Origin: Eledone cirrhosa
Taxonomy: Eukaryota
Direction: 5' to 3'
NCBI GenBank assembly: GCA_964016885.1
Contig: OZ024742.1
Location: forward strand, 47,864,001 to 47,928,000
Length of the DNA stretch: 64,000 bases
The position numbers and the translations under genes were made by a program. The stretch's first letter is position 1. Each line of letters opens with the position of its first letter. This document shows, in pieces, positions 44,160 to 57,713 of this stretch. The notes under the pieces are model-generated. The model did no database searches. It was not told the origin of the DNA and saw nothing but the letters and a program-made list of their open reading frames with translations.

Positions 44160-44980
44160 TATTGGTAGGATCTGGAGATCGTCGAACATGCTTTATGGCA
44201 TATAGTTATGGCCCTTTACGTTCTGAGTTCAACTTCCACCGAGGTTAGCTTTGCCTTTCATCCTTACGGATGAAATAAAGTATCGGTAAGGCACTGGAAT
44301 TGATTTAATCGACTTCCCCCTCTCCCTAAATTGCTGGCCTTGTGCCTCTAGAAGAAGTCTTTATTATGATTCCAGACAGTTTTTTGAATTGTTGAAGCAT
44401 TTATGAACATAACACCAAGATTAATCATTTATTGATTGGTTTTCCAATAATTTAAAATTATAATTGTTTCTACATGTGGCACAAGGCCAGCAATTATCTC
44501 AGTGCATTACTGGTGCTTTATTTTATTGACCCCGTAAGGATGAAAGAGAAAAAGTTAACCTCCAAGGTTAACCTTAAAAGGCCGTAACTCTATGCTGCAA
44601 AGCATAGCGTCCGACCCTCTATCGATACTGCCAATCCACCTACCTTAATGTAAAATTATAATTGTTTCTACTTTTGGCACAAGGCCAGCATTTACCAAGT
44701 ACATTACTGGTACTTTATTTTATCGACCCCGTAAGGATGAAAGGCAAAGTTAACCTCGGCGGGAGTTGAACTCAGAATGGCAAGGGCCGTAACTCTATAC
44801 GTCAAAGCATGGCGTCCGACCCTCTACCGATACTGCCAATCCACAGAACGCTTTGTGTTATTAGTTCCAGCTCTACAAGCTCTCGGATTTCAATTCCCTC
44901 CGATGTCAACTTTGCCTTTCTTTCCAATCTATAAAAAAGTACCAGTTAAGTACTGAGTGTCAATTCTTCTTCTCCATCCC
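44160..44980. mobile_element. Cluster of four SINE family 1 copies (44160-44365 plus, 44458-44643 minus, 44657-44845 minus, 44865-44980 plus)
   Basis: Core motif and B-box as for family 1. Confidence 0.85.
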
Positions 44981-45619
44981 TTACTTTGTTCTCTCTTCTT
45001 CTCTGGAAGAAATCAAGTGTGTTCCACATTGGAGATGGGATATGCTCTGTCACAACAACGCCATCAATCTCAACACCACACACACTTCCAACGCCATAAC
45101 TAACACTCCAGTTGAAGTCAATTCCCAAATGGAACAGCTTGCTGTAGCTAATTATATTTTCTATTTAGTTCGTGCTAACCATACCTCCTATATCACCACC
45201 ACCAGCAGCATCAACAATAACACTGACACACCAGCAATATCACTAACCCTATCAACTGGAGCAACACCTGTAAGAGGTCAGTTTAATCGATGATATCAAC
45301 TGCAATTATGATTTCAATTCGGCACATATTTATTAATTTTCAATTCCCCCCCCCCACCCCGAACCGTTATGATATGGGATATAGTATTAACAAATTTCAT
45401 TTTTCTCCAACACATCTCTCTCTCATTCCCTCTCTCTCTCACTTCCTCACTCTCTATCTATCTATTTCTCTCTCTCGTCTATTTACATATATATATATAC
45501 CTCAATTCACACCTACATTTAAACACCCATCAGCACACAGGCGTCCACATCCACACATATATACATATAAATGTATATATATATTAATAAATAAATAAAG
45601 AATATATATATATATATAT

Positions 45620-46391
45620 ATAAATGGAAAAAAAGAAACGAAATTTCATTTCTCACTCTTAGTATGGCTGTTACTTAAATATAAGTATGTATACGTACAT
45701 ACATATATGTATACAGACGTACGGTAATATGTATATATATATACATACATGCACACATATATATATATGTACGTATGGATTTACCGAACATTTATTATAA
45801 TGCTCGGTTTGTTTGTAAACAAACATCCAGTATTAAGCCGTACAGTGTTTAGCCACCATCGTTGCTCGTTTGTTCAACACTGACAAAGGAACGATGTACT
45901 AGTTTCAAGCTTATTAGCTATCGTCAACATCGTATACCGTCCTGCCAGATGATTGAACGTCTGAAAGTATATACTTTCCTTATGCATATTAACGGATGAG
46001 CAGCGTAATTTGCATATAGAGTGAGTTACATAAGTATACATACTTATATTTAAGTAACAGCCGTACTAAGAGTGAGAAATGAAATTTCGTTTCATTTTTT
46101 CCATTTATCGATTCCGGTGCGCCCGGCCGATTAACTCACTCGTTATGCAAATTAGGCTGCTCAGCCGTTCATATGCATAAGGAAAGTATATACTTTCAGA
46201 CGTTCAATTATCTGGCAGGAAGGTATACGATGCTGACGATAGCTAATAAGCTTGAAACTAGTACATCGTTCCTTTGTCAGTGTTGAACAAAAGGGCAACG
46301 ATGGTTGCTATACACTGTACGGCTTAATTCGGGCTGTTTGTTTACAAACAAACCGAGCATTATAATAAATGTTCGGTAAACCCATACGTAC

Positions 46392-46425
<34 letters not shown>

Positions 46426-46462
46426 ATGTATGTATGTGTGCATGAATACATACTACTGTATG
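45620..46462. mobile_element. Retrozyme-like family B, locus 2: about 0.9 unit minus plus about 1 unit plus; junction about 46028
   Basis: HHRs at 45891-45933 (minus, C3U) and 46227-46269 (plus, intact). Confidence 0.9.
46227..46269 (+). ncRNA. Type I HHR, family B (intact)
   Basis: ACGATG-CTGACGA-TAGCTAATAAGCTT-GAAA-CTAG-TA-CATCGT. Confidence 0.92.
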
Positions 46463-46464
46463 TT

Positions 46465-47325
46465 TTCTGAACACAGAGGGATATGTTGCGTTTTGAAGAA
46501 GCCTGCTGAGGAGGACGCAGCACCAGGTTACCGACGAAAGATACGCCGGCAAAGCTAGTGAGATCGGGGAGCGAAGGACAAGGCCGCCATACCTGACAGG
46601 TAAAGTGGCCTGTTGCCACCCCATTTCGTCAATCTTGACGTTGCATATCTCCTTGGCTACTGCTCGGATACAAGCATCGAGGTCAGCGTGGAGAGATGTC
46701 TGGGTGTAGCACGGAGCGCTGCTGAGTGTATAGAGGAGCTTCAGCATGGAGAAACAGTTTCTCAGCAGAAAGAGAGCTGACTGGCCGTCAATTAAGCCCA
46801 ATCGACTCGTGAGAGTCTGGAGCTGTTGAAGCCTGGACCTGATTGTGATGCGGATGGCCGGTGGGTGGATCGGTGACCCGAGGATGAGGACATCCTCTTT
46901 GGGGGTCACCTTAACCTGGCGGAGGATGGACAGCATGTCCAAGAAGGAGGCTGCAAAGCTCGCAGTATCGAAGCTGACATTCACACCTCCGACTTGGCCG
47001 AGTTGACCTGGAGGTCGATTCCCGCCAGTGCAGAAACCACCGATTGAAGGTCCTGGCGGACCGTCCGTACGGGCCCGCCCAATGTAGCATCATCCAGATA
47101 GCAAACGTTGAAAGGGGCCGTGATACTCCAAGAGATGTGGTCAATACCAAGGGCGAACAGGAGATGTCCAAAAAGGTCGCCTTGTTGGACCCCAGTAGCC
47201 GAGGATATGACCGGTAGGCAGCGGGTAGGCTCGGCTGAGGCAGGCCTCAAGCAGATGATCCCTGCGTAAAAAGGTGAAGGCATTCCTCATGTCAAGCTTG
47301 AAAATGGGGTGCCTGGAGTCCCTGG
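46465..47325 (-). pseudogene. CRE-clade-like non-LTR reverse transcriptase fragment
   Basis: KLDMRNAF; SATGVQQGDLFGHLLFAL; YLDDATLGG; VNSAKSE; ILGSPI; ALFLLRNC; QATLPVRYGGL. Confidence 0.85.
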
Positions 47326-48172
47326 ATGCATATACATATGTGTGTGCGTGGGTGTGTGTGTGTCCGTCACCTGTGCCAATCGCTTTGTTATTTATAGTAT
47401 TACAGTTGGTAGTATATGCTAGTGTTAGTAATATCGAAATTCAGTGGTTGACAGTTACAAACAATGATACGAAATGTTAGGGCAGATGAGAAATGGAAAG
47501 ACTGACTTCACTCTTACTATCAATATATCAATATCAATGTAAAGCGCTTTTGTTATCTGCTAGGTGCTGTAACGATTGTTGTTTTGTTTTCAATGTGGTC
47601 GATGCTGCTGTTGCTGGCTGTTATACTTGTTTTCATGTTTGTTGAATCATAGCAGGTTTATTTGTATTTCTCGTCATAAGTATATGATAGGTGATGTCAT
47701 GTTTCCTTTTTTATTGTAGCTGATTCACCTTATTATATTCATAATTGTCATTGTTTAGCATCATGTCAACTATAATCGAGTTGATAATGTTGAATAGATT
47801 TCCAGACGTGCTGAAATATATTTATTATATTTTTACATATTCCTTCATTAACCCAATTTCATATAAAAATATTTTTTTTTATAATGTTGTTCAATTAAAT
47901 GTTAATGGAGATGAGGATTCGGTTGTTAATGCAGCGGTTTAAACGGAGAACAATGTTCAGTTAGAATGATCGTAATATGCAATATGCGCCAAACAAGTTT
48001 TATGTAGTTAGCGTGTATCATACGGTCTCCATTTCAGAATAAAGTTTTGTAGAGGTTAATGATTTTCTAAATAAGTGAGAAAGATATTTGACACCATGAC
48101 AGTAATTCTCTTTCTCTCTCTCCCCTTCTCTATCTGTCTCTCTCGACTCTTTCGTTCTCTCCCTGTATCGCT

Positions 48173-48253
<81 letters not shown>

Positions 48254-48393
48254 TTGTATATATATATGTCCATATATATATACTCTAATCAAAGTTGTTT
48301 TATTACAATACAAAAAAACTAACTCACCTATGCACTTACACAAACACAAACATATATAAATAATCTCTCTCTCTCTCACACACACTCTCCCTT

Positions 48394-48428
<35 letters not shown>

Positions 48429-48439
48429 TTATGACAGTG

Positions 48440-48758
<319 letters not shown>

Positions 48759-49053
48759 ATATATATATATATATGGTGTGTTTGTGTAAGTGTGTGTAAG
48801 TTTGTGTGCGAATGGGTGTGAGTGTGTGAGCGTAGGCGATTTACTTTGTTTTTGTTATAATATAATTAGGTTGATTAGAGTATGTGCTTCGTAATTACTG
48901 AATAGCATTAAACGGATCTTTATCTCGAAGTTGATATTTATTTACGTATTATTTAGTCTAAACTTGTGTGTGTCAAATTGAAAAGCTCGGTTTCTCAGGA
49001 TTGCGACAGCTGAGTAAACGAAATGTAAAACAAATAAACGAGTGTGAGAGCAA

Positions 49054-49130
<77 letters not shown>

Positions 49131-49343
49131 TCTATATATATATACACATACATAAATACATATGCATACACACACACATATATATATATATATGTGTGTG
49201 TATGTATGTGTGTGTGCGTGTGTGTTTGTGTGTAAGAAAAATAATACGTTCAAAATGCACCTAATATGTTATTTGTATATACACAACGAAAATAAAATGT
49301 CATACAAAATAAATTATAAGTTACATATGTCCCCCCACACATG

Positions 49344-49379
<36 letters not shown>

Positions 49380-49419
49380 CATGCACATCCACACACACAC
49401 ACACGCGTGCACCAAACTA

Positions 49420-49612
49420 TGTACGAAGCCGAATTTTCGGCTCTTTCAGCGGTATGAATAGATGGTGTTAGGAACGGCATCCAGCCCTAGACAACCAGGC
49501 GGAACAGTCCAATATGTGTGAGACACGGTCAACAGGCCCATCTTCCCTCTAAATGGGCAAAACCCGTCTAACCCATGATAGCGTGGCATATAGACGCTAA
49601 TCGATGATGATA
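49420..49612 (+). mobile_element. 3' part of a third SINE (RTE-like tail ending in GAT repeats)
   Basis: GGTGTTAGGAACGGCATCCAGCC...CCGTCTAACCCATG...GACGCTAATCGATGATGA. Confidence 0.5.
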
Positions 49613-49631
49613 TATATGTTTAAAGAAAGTG

Positions 49632-49846
49632 CTCAAGCGCAGAAATGCTATAAAGATAGCTTATAAGATAAGGTGAAAAGCCTTAAAGGGCGAAAAGAGA
49701 AGTTGCCAACGCCCGCTATGAGGAATTGAACGCCTTATCTTCCAGATAAAGATATGGGGTTCACCTCTTCATAGCAAGCCTTGGCAACTCCTTTTCCCGT
49801 CTTTTAAGTGTCTTCGCCTTATCATTATTGCATTTCTACGCTTGAG
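49632..49846. repeat. Imperfect palindrome, about 215 bp
   Basis: CTCAAGCGCAGAAATGC...GATAAGGTGAA...AGTTGCCAA...GCTATGAGG pairs with TTCATAGC...TTGGCAACT...TTCGCCTTATC...GCATTTCTACGCTTGAG. Confidence 0.85.
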
Positions 49847-49897
49847 AACGTTGTGTGTGTGTGTGACTATAAGAGCCTGTCTCTATATATGAGTGTA

Positions 49898-49974
<77 letters not shown>

Positions 49975-50148
49975 CAGAGCTGGTCAATAGCAGAACACGC
50001 CTCACTAGTCAATAAACGTAATGTAGACATAACAAATCGCTCTTACTCTCTGCTTCGTTCTACACCTTTATACCTACTTGAAACTACGCATCGAGTCCTC
50101 ACTCTGGTTAACCTACAGTAAATGGACGTTACATTCCCTATCTATCTA

Positions 50149-50227
<79 letters not shown>

Positions 50228-50303
50228 CGAAGGAAATGTAGTAAGGAACCAGGTGGACCATAACGCACCAAAGTACCCAATACTTGAGGTAGTAGAGTGG
50301 GTA

Positions 50304-50410
50304 ATAGGAACCAGTAAGACCCCGACAGCTGAGCTCAAGCCGTTTCGACGGCTGAGTCCAGAATTAGCCGTCGAAACGGCTTGAGCTCAGCTGTCGGGGT
50401 CTTACTGGTT

Positions 50411-50415
<5 letters not shown>
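50304..50415. repeat. Perfect inverted repeat, 50-bp arms, 12-nt loop
   Basis: 50304-50353 is the reverse complement of 50366-50415. Confidence 0.95.
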
Positions 50416-50447
<32 letters not shown>

Positions 50448-50749
50448 GTGTGTGTGTGTGTATGTGTGTGTATCTGTTGTGAGTGTGTGTTGGTGTGTGT
50501 ACTATGTAAAGATATCAAAATATATACACAACGTATGATGACCCTGTTCTCAAAAGAAAAGCTCAATAGACGAGGGCTCAGAACATCAATAATTCACATG
50601 AAAAGATATACAGTATGTATATGTTGAATGAAAAAGCCTTTTACAAAGAAATAGTATTTTGTACATATAAATAAAGCACATAATAATCAGAAAAAATTAC
50701 CTACTTTATGAAGGAAATATTAGGGACATTTTCCTGAATATTATATGAT

Positions 50750-50930
50750 AGGTGGTTTCGTCGTATCGGTAGAGGGTTGGACACCATGCTTTCCAGCATA
50801 GTTACGTCCCTTTACGATCTGAGTTCAAATCCCACTGAGATCTACTTTGCCTTTCATTCTTACGGGGTCGATAAAATACAGTAATGCACTGGGTAATTGC
50901 TGGCCTTGTGCCAAGTGTAGAAGCAATTAT
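50750..50930 (+). mobile_element. SINE family 1
   Basis: CGTATCGGTAGAGGG...GAGTTCAAATCCC...GGGGTCGATAAAAT. Confidence 0.85.
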
Positions 50931-51198
50931 ATGATTTATATATGTGTACAAAATACTATGTTTCTAAAACGATGCATGGTTTTTCTCCATGTTTCTCCGT
51001 CCATACGTTTATATTTTCATTTGATATATATACATATATATTGGAATAAATGCTCTGAAATAGCGATATATATGTGAATATAGACATAGAATATTCGAAA
51101 ATATTCTGTATGTTTATAATAAACATTTTGAAGACCTAATCGCTATAGAATAGAATACGTCACGTATTACAATTAGATTCTCGATAAAAGCAAGGGAA

Positions 51199-51241
51199 GT
51201 AATCTACGCGTTTCATTCTTGTTAGAAATCATCAGGACTAC
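51199..51241 (-). ncRNA. Type I HHR, family A (10 copies at +310n, last at 53989-54031)
   Basis: GTAGTC-CTGATGA-TTTCT AACA AGAAT-GAAA-CGCG-TA-GATTAC. Confidence 0.93.
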
Positions 51242-54200
51242 ATATCCAGTGCTTTTATCGAGAATGACACAGCTAGAGACTTATAGAATACTTAGCTGTG
51301 TACAGGAACTGGTTTGAAAGAGCGGTTGCCGGTCCGGCAGAAATTAGAAATTGGAATAAATGCTCTGAAATAGCGATATATATGTGAATATAGACATAGA
51401 ATATTCGAAAATATTCTGTATGTTTATAATAAACATTTTGAAGACCTAATCGCTATAGAATAGAATACGTCACGTATTACAATTAGATTCTCGATAAAAG
51501 CAAGGGAAGTAATCTACGCGTTTCATTCTTGTTAGAAATCATCAGGACTACATATCCAGTGCTTTTATCGAGAATGACACAGCTAGAGACTTATAGAATA
51601 CTTAGCTGTGTACAGGAACTGGTTTGAAAGAGCGGTTGCCGGTCCGGCAGAAATTAGAAATTGGAATAAATGCTCTGAAATAGCGATATATATGTGAATA
51701 TAGACATAGAATATTCGAAAATATTCTGTATGTTTATAATAAACATTTTGAAGACCTAATCGCTATAGAATAGAATACGTCACGTATTACAATTAGATTC
51801 TCGATAAAAGCAAGGGAAGTAATCTACGCGTTTCATTCTTGTTAGAAATCATCAGGACTACATATCCAGTGCTTTTATCGAGAATGACACAGCTAGAGAC
51901 TTATAGAATACTTAGCTGTGTACAGGAACTGGTTTGAAAGAGCGGTTGCCGGTCCGGCAGAAATTAGAAATTGGAATAAATGCTCTGAAATAGCGATATA
52001 TATGTGAATATAGACATAGAATATTCGAAAATATTCTGTATGTTTATAATAAACATTTTGAAGACCTAATCGCTATAGAATAGAATACGTCACGTATTAC
52101 AATTAGATTCTCGATAAAAGCAAGGGAAGTAATCTACGCGTTTCATTCTTGTTAGAAATCATCAGGACTACATATCCAGTGCTTTTATCGAGAATGACAC
52201 AGCTAGAGACTTATAGAATACTTAGCTGTGTACAGGAACTGGTTTGAAAGAGCGGTTGCCGGTCCGGCAGAAATTAGAAATTGGAATAAATGCTCTGAAA
52301 TAGCGATATATATGTGAATATAGACATAGAATATTCGAAAATATTCTGTATGTTTATAATAAACATTTTGAAGACCTAATCGCTATAGAATAGAATACGT
52401 CACGTATTACAATTAGATTCTCGATAAAAGCAAGGGAAGTAATCTACGCGTTTCATTCTTGTTAGAAATCATCAGGACTACATATCCAGTGCTTTTATCG
52501 AGAATGACACAGCTAGAGACTTATAGAATACTTAGCTGTGTACAGGAACTGGTTTGAAAGAGCGGTTGCCGGTCCGGCAGAAATTAGAAATTGGAATAAA
52601 TGCTCTGAAATAGCGATATATATGTGAATATAGACATAGAATATTCGAAAATATTCTGTATGTTTATAATAAACATTTTGAAGACCTAATCGCTATAGAA
52701 TAGAATACGTCACGTATTACAATTAGATTCTCGATAAAAGCAAGGGAAGTAATCTACGCGTTTCATTCTTGTTAGAAATCATCAGGACTACATATCCAGT
52801 GCTTTTATCGAGAATGACACAGCTAGAGACTTATAGAATACTTAGCTGTGTACAGGAACTGGTTTGAAAGAGCGGTTGCCGGTCCGGCAGAAATTAGAAA
52901 TTGGAATAAATGCTCTGAAATAGCGATATATATGTGAATATAGACATAGAATATTCGAAAATATTCTGTATGTTTATAATAAACATTTTGAAGACCTAAT
53001 CGCTATAGAATAGAATACGTCACGTATTACAATTAGATTCTCGATAAAAGCAAGGGAAGTAATCTACGCGTTTCATTCTTGTTAGAAATCATCAGGACTA
53101 CATATCCAGTGCTTTTATCGAGAATGACACAGCTAGAGACTTATAGAATACTTAGCTGTGTACAGGAACTGGTTTGAAAGAGCGGTTGCCGGTCCGGCAG
53201 AAATTAGAAATTGGAATAAATGCTCTGAAATAGCGATATATATGTGAATATAGACATAGAATATTCGAAAATATTCTGTATGTTTATAATAAACATTTTG
53301 AAGACCTAATCGCTATAGAATAGAATACGTCACGTATTACAATTAGATTCTCGATAAAAGCAAGGGAAGTAATCTACGCGTTTCATTCTTGTTAGAAATC
53401 ATCAGGACTACATATCCAGTGCTTTTATCGAGAATGACACAGCTAGAGACTTATAGAATACTTAGCTGTGTACAGGAGCTGGTTTGAAAGAGCGGTTGCC
53501 GGTCCGGCAGAAATTAGAAATTGGAATAAATGCTCTGAAATAGCGATATATATGTGAATATAGACATAGAATATTCGAAAATATTCTGTATGTTTATAAT
53601 AAACATTTTGAAGACCTAATCGCTATAGAATAGAATACGTCACGTATTACAATTAGATTCTCGATAAAAGCAAGGGAAGTAATCTACGCGTTTCATTCTT
53701 GTTAGAAATCATCAGGACTACATATCCAGTGCTTTTATCGAGAATGACACAGCTAGAGACTTATAGAATACTTAGCTGTGTACAGGAACTGGTTTGAAAG
53801 AGCGGTTGCCGGTCCGGCAGAAATTAGAAATTGGAATAAATGCTCTGAAATAGCGATATATATGTGAATATAGACATAGAATATTCGAAAATATTCTGTA
53901 TGTTTATAATAAACATTTTGAAGACCTAATCGCTATAGAATAGAATACGTCACGTATTACAATTAGATTCTCGATAAAAGCAAGGGAAGTAATCTACGCG
54001 TTTCATTCTTGTTAGAAATCATCAGGACTACATATCCAGTGCTTTTATCGAGAATGACACAGCTAGAGACTTATAGAATACTTAGCTGTGTACAGGAACT
54101 GGTTTGAAAGAGCGGTTGCCGGTCCGGCAGAAATTAGAAATTGGAATAAATGCTCTGAAATAGCGATATATATGTGAATATAGACATAGAATATTCGAAA

Positions 54201-54459
54201 ATATTCTGTATGTTTATAATAAACATTTTGAAGACCTAATCGCTATAGAATAGAATACGTCACGTATTACAATTAGATTCTCGATAATATTTTCGAATAT
54301 TCTATGTCTATATTCACATATATATCGCTATTTCAGAGCATTTATTCCAATTTCTAATTTCTGCCGGACCGGCAACCGCTCTTTCAAACCAGTTCCTGTA
54401 CACAGCTAAGTATTCTATAAGTCTCTAGCTGTGTCATTCTCGATAAAAGCACTGGATAT

Positions 54460-54502
54460 GTAGTCCTGATGATTTCTAACAAGAATGAAACGCGTAGATT
54501 AC
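54460..54502 (+). ncRNA. Type I HHR, family A (also 54770-54812 and 55080-55122); predicted cleavage after 54496
   Basis: Same motif on the plus strand; GUA cleavage triplet. Confidence 0.93.
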
Positions 54503-55342
54503 TTCCCTTGCTTTTATCGAGAATCTAATTGTAATACGTGACGTATTCTATTCTATAGCGATTAGGTCTTCAAAATGTTTATTATAAACATACAGAATAT
54601 TTTCGAATATTCTATGTCTATATTCACATATATATCGCTATTTCAGAGCATTTATTCCAATTTCTAATTTCTGCCGGACCGGCAACCGCTCTTTCAAACC
54701 AGTTCCTGTACACAGCTAAGTATTCTATAAGTCTCTAGCTGTGTCATTCTCGATAAAAGCACTGGATATGTAGTCCTGATGATTTCTAACAAGAATGAAA
54801 CGCGTAGATTACTTCCCTTGCTTTTATCGAGAATCTAATTGTAATACGTGACGTATTCTATTCTATAGCGATTAGGTCTTCAAAATGTTTATTATAAACA
54901 TACAGAATATTTTCGAATATTCTATGTCTATATTCACATATATATCGCTATTTCAGAGCATTTATTCCAATTTCTAATTTCTGCCGGACCGGCAACCGCT
55001 CTTTCAAACCAGTTCCTGTACACAGCTAAGTATTCTATAAGTCTCTAGCTGTGTCATTCTCGATAAAAGCACTGGATATGTAGTCCTGATGATTTCTAAC
55101 AAGAATGAAACGCGTAGATTACTTCCCTTGCTTTTATCGAGAATCTAATTGTAATACGTGACGTATTCTATTCTATAGCGATTAGGTCTTCAAAATGTTT
55201 ATTATAAACATACAGAATATTTTCGAATATTCTATGTCTATATTCACATACATATATATATATATATATATATATGGGGGGGGTGTATAGTTTACAGAAT
55301 AAACGTAATGATAATTTGGCATCTCTACCCTACTTAGTATTG

Positions 55343-55380
<38 letters not shown>

Positions 55381-55499
55381 GAAAGGTATAGAAATTGTTG
55401 TAGCGAGAAGCTAAGAGTATTCATATATATATATATATGATGTCTACCTGTTATTATTCATTCTTCTTTATCTTTATATATATATATATAATATATATG

Positions 55500-55535
<36 letters not shown>

Positions 55536-55782
55536 TGTGTATATATATATATATATATATTTCATTTGATTTATTGATTTATTGATATTTTTTCTGAGTG
55601 TCCCGAATCTTCCAGATCGCAATTTTTCGGTCGTACGGTTGATTATAGACTTGTTCTATGTGTGACGGTATTTTAACGATAGTTATAGCTCTGATTTATC
55701 TGAAATATTGAGCCCTCTGCCGCTCATTTCGAATTTTGTTTATCGTGAACTCGTGCGCCGATTTTTCGATACTCGATTATTC

Positions 55783-55822
<40 letters not shown>

Positions 55823-56590
55823 ATATTACTACACACGTAGGAAGAACAAAAGCTTCCTTCTTCCTCGTTGGTCACATCCTGGTCAACGTAATTTCGTGCA
55901 CTTGGATTACATAATACTGGGAGCATGTTGAGCTAGAGCAATGGTTTGATGTATTCATATTAACAGTTTGGAATAACTCTGCTCTGTCAGATGATTCAAG
56001 ACGAAATCACGCTGCCTGGGATGTATGTGTGGCGGCGACGGAAGCAAACTCAATAAATAATTATCCACTTTGATTGAGAGTTTTGAATATCAGGGAGTGT
56101 TGGTTTTGTAAGTATGCGGCGAGAAATATATGACGGCTACAGGATAATTTCAGTACAGTAAGCGGAGGTAACGAAGTTGAGAAGGTGCACCTTAATAGTA
56201 AATAGCATCGGACTTACTATGGAACATATATATTTGTATATAAGGCTCTATGACACACACACACACCTATATATATATATATATATACATGTGTGTGTGT
56301 GTGTGTGTTTGTATGTTTGTTTGTGTGGGGCTTTATCTTGAATCATGTAAACAAAAGGTGGAGGTTGATACTTAATCAGTTAATTTTTGTATAGTTATGA
56401 CGAATCGATGGAGTGACTAATTTCTAATAGTTATGTAAACGTATATTATTCGTCTCCGTACTCCTGATCGATCAAAACTTCTTCTTCAGGAACAATATAT
56501 ATATTAATTAAACACTGATACATACATACACACAAACACATATATATGTATATATGTGTGTGAATATATATATATATGTATATATATATG

Positions 56591-56730
<140 letters not shown>

Positions 56731-57303
56731 AGCTTGAATCTGACATAAAAAACATATATATGTATAATGTAAGACCAAGTCATAATAGAAAGAAGAGAGA
56801 GAGGGGGGGGGAGAAATGGAGTGCAACAGAATGAAACATGGATTACAGGTTAAAATATAGTCTAGATAGATGAGAACCTAAACAAGGATGTATTTTACAC
56901 AACATCCAAACGATTTAGATGTCGACCTTAAGTAGGAGCAATAACATTACGAAAGGCACGAACGACAGCACATCATTTTGTTTTGAAAATGTTGAATGTA
57001 GGTTTATAAGTATGAATCTTCATATGATTTTCGTAGTTGTCTCTGTGGTATAGCGGTAGAAACAACTGATAAGGTTTACCGGGAACCAGCGTCCAGCCAG
57101 GTTGCCAAGTGTCCCTATGACAAGTGGTTGTACATTCTACTAAATCTAAAGCTTAGTGTATTCATTCATGCATGGAAACATACATATTCAGACACACACA
57201 CATACACAACCATATATTTATATATATATATATATAATATATATATATATATATACTTACACATATACACACATATATATGTATATATGTATATATATAT
57301 ATC

Positions 57304-57353
<50 letters not shown>

Positions 57354-57448
57354 TAGTAATTATAATAAATTTGAAGACTAAAATCCAAAGAAGGCTCGAT
57401 AAGGATAAATATATATCAGATATATAAGAACCGTAGAGCAAATATTTA

Positions 57449-57703
57449 TTAAAATAACAGATTAAAGTTTAAGCAAAGAATCGCTGCTTTCACACTTAAC
57501 GGGATCTTCTGAAGCTAAAAAAGACAATCTGTAAACGCAGAAGTAAATATTTCAAAAAACGTTGCAACCGAAGGAAGACAGTAAGATGCAACGTTTTTTG
57601 AAATATTTACTTCTGCGTTCACATATTGACTTTTTTAGTTTCAGTAGATCCCGTTAAGGGTAAAACAGCGATTCTTTGCTTAAACTTTAATCTGTTATTT
57701 TAA
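57449..57703. repeat. Fold-back inverted repeat, arms about 118 bp
   Basis: 57449-57566 vs 57587-57703; belongs to the 15.4/15.8-kb family. Confidence 0.9.
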
Positions 57704-57713
57704 GAAGTATATA

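Larger units (their letters stand above)
51041..55250. mobile_element. Retrozyme-like tandem array, family A: 310-nt unit, 10.5 units HHR-minus (51041-54287) plus 3.1 units HHR-plus (54286-55250)
   Basis: Unit starts at 51041+310n; only one variant seen (A>G at 53478); no listed ORF inside the array; 13 HHRs. Confidence 0.95.

Noticed and set aside
51041-55250. CRISPR array or rDNA/snRNA tandem cluster
   Set aside because: No unique spacers and no cas genes; units are identical 310-mers with no recognisable 5S, snRNA or spliced-leader motifs.
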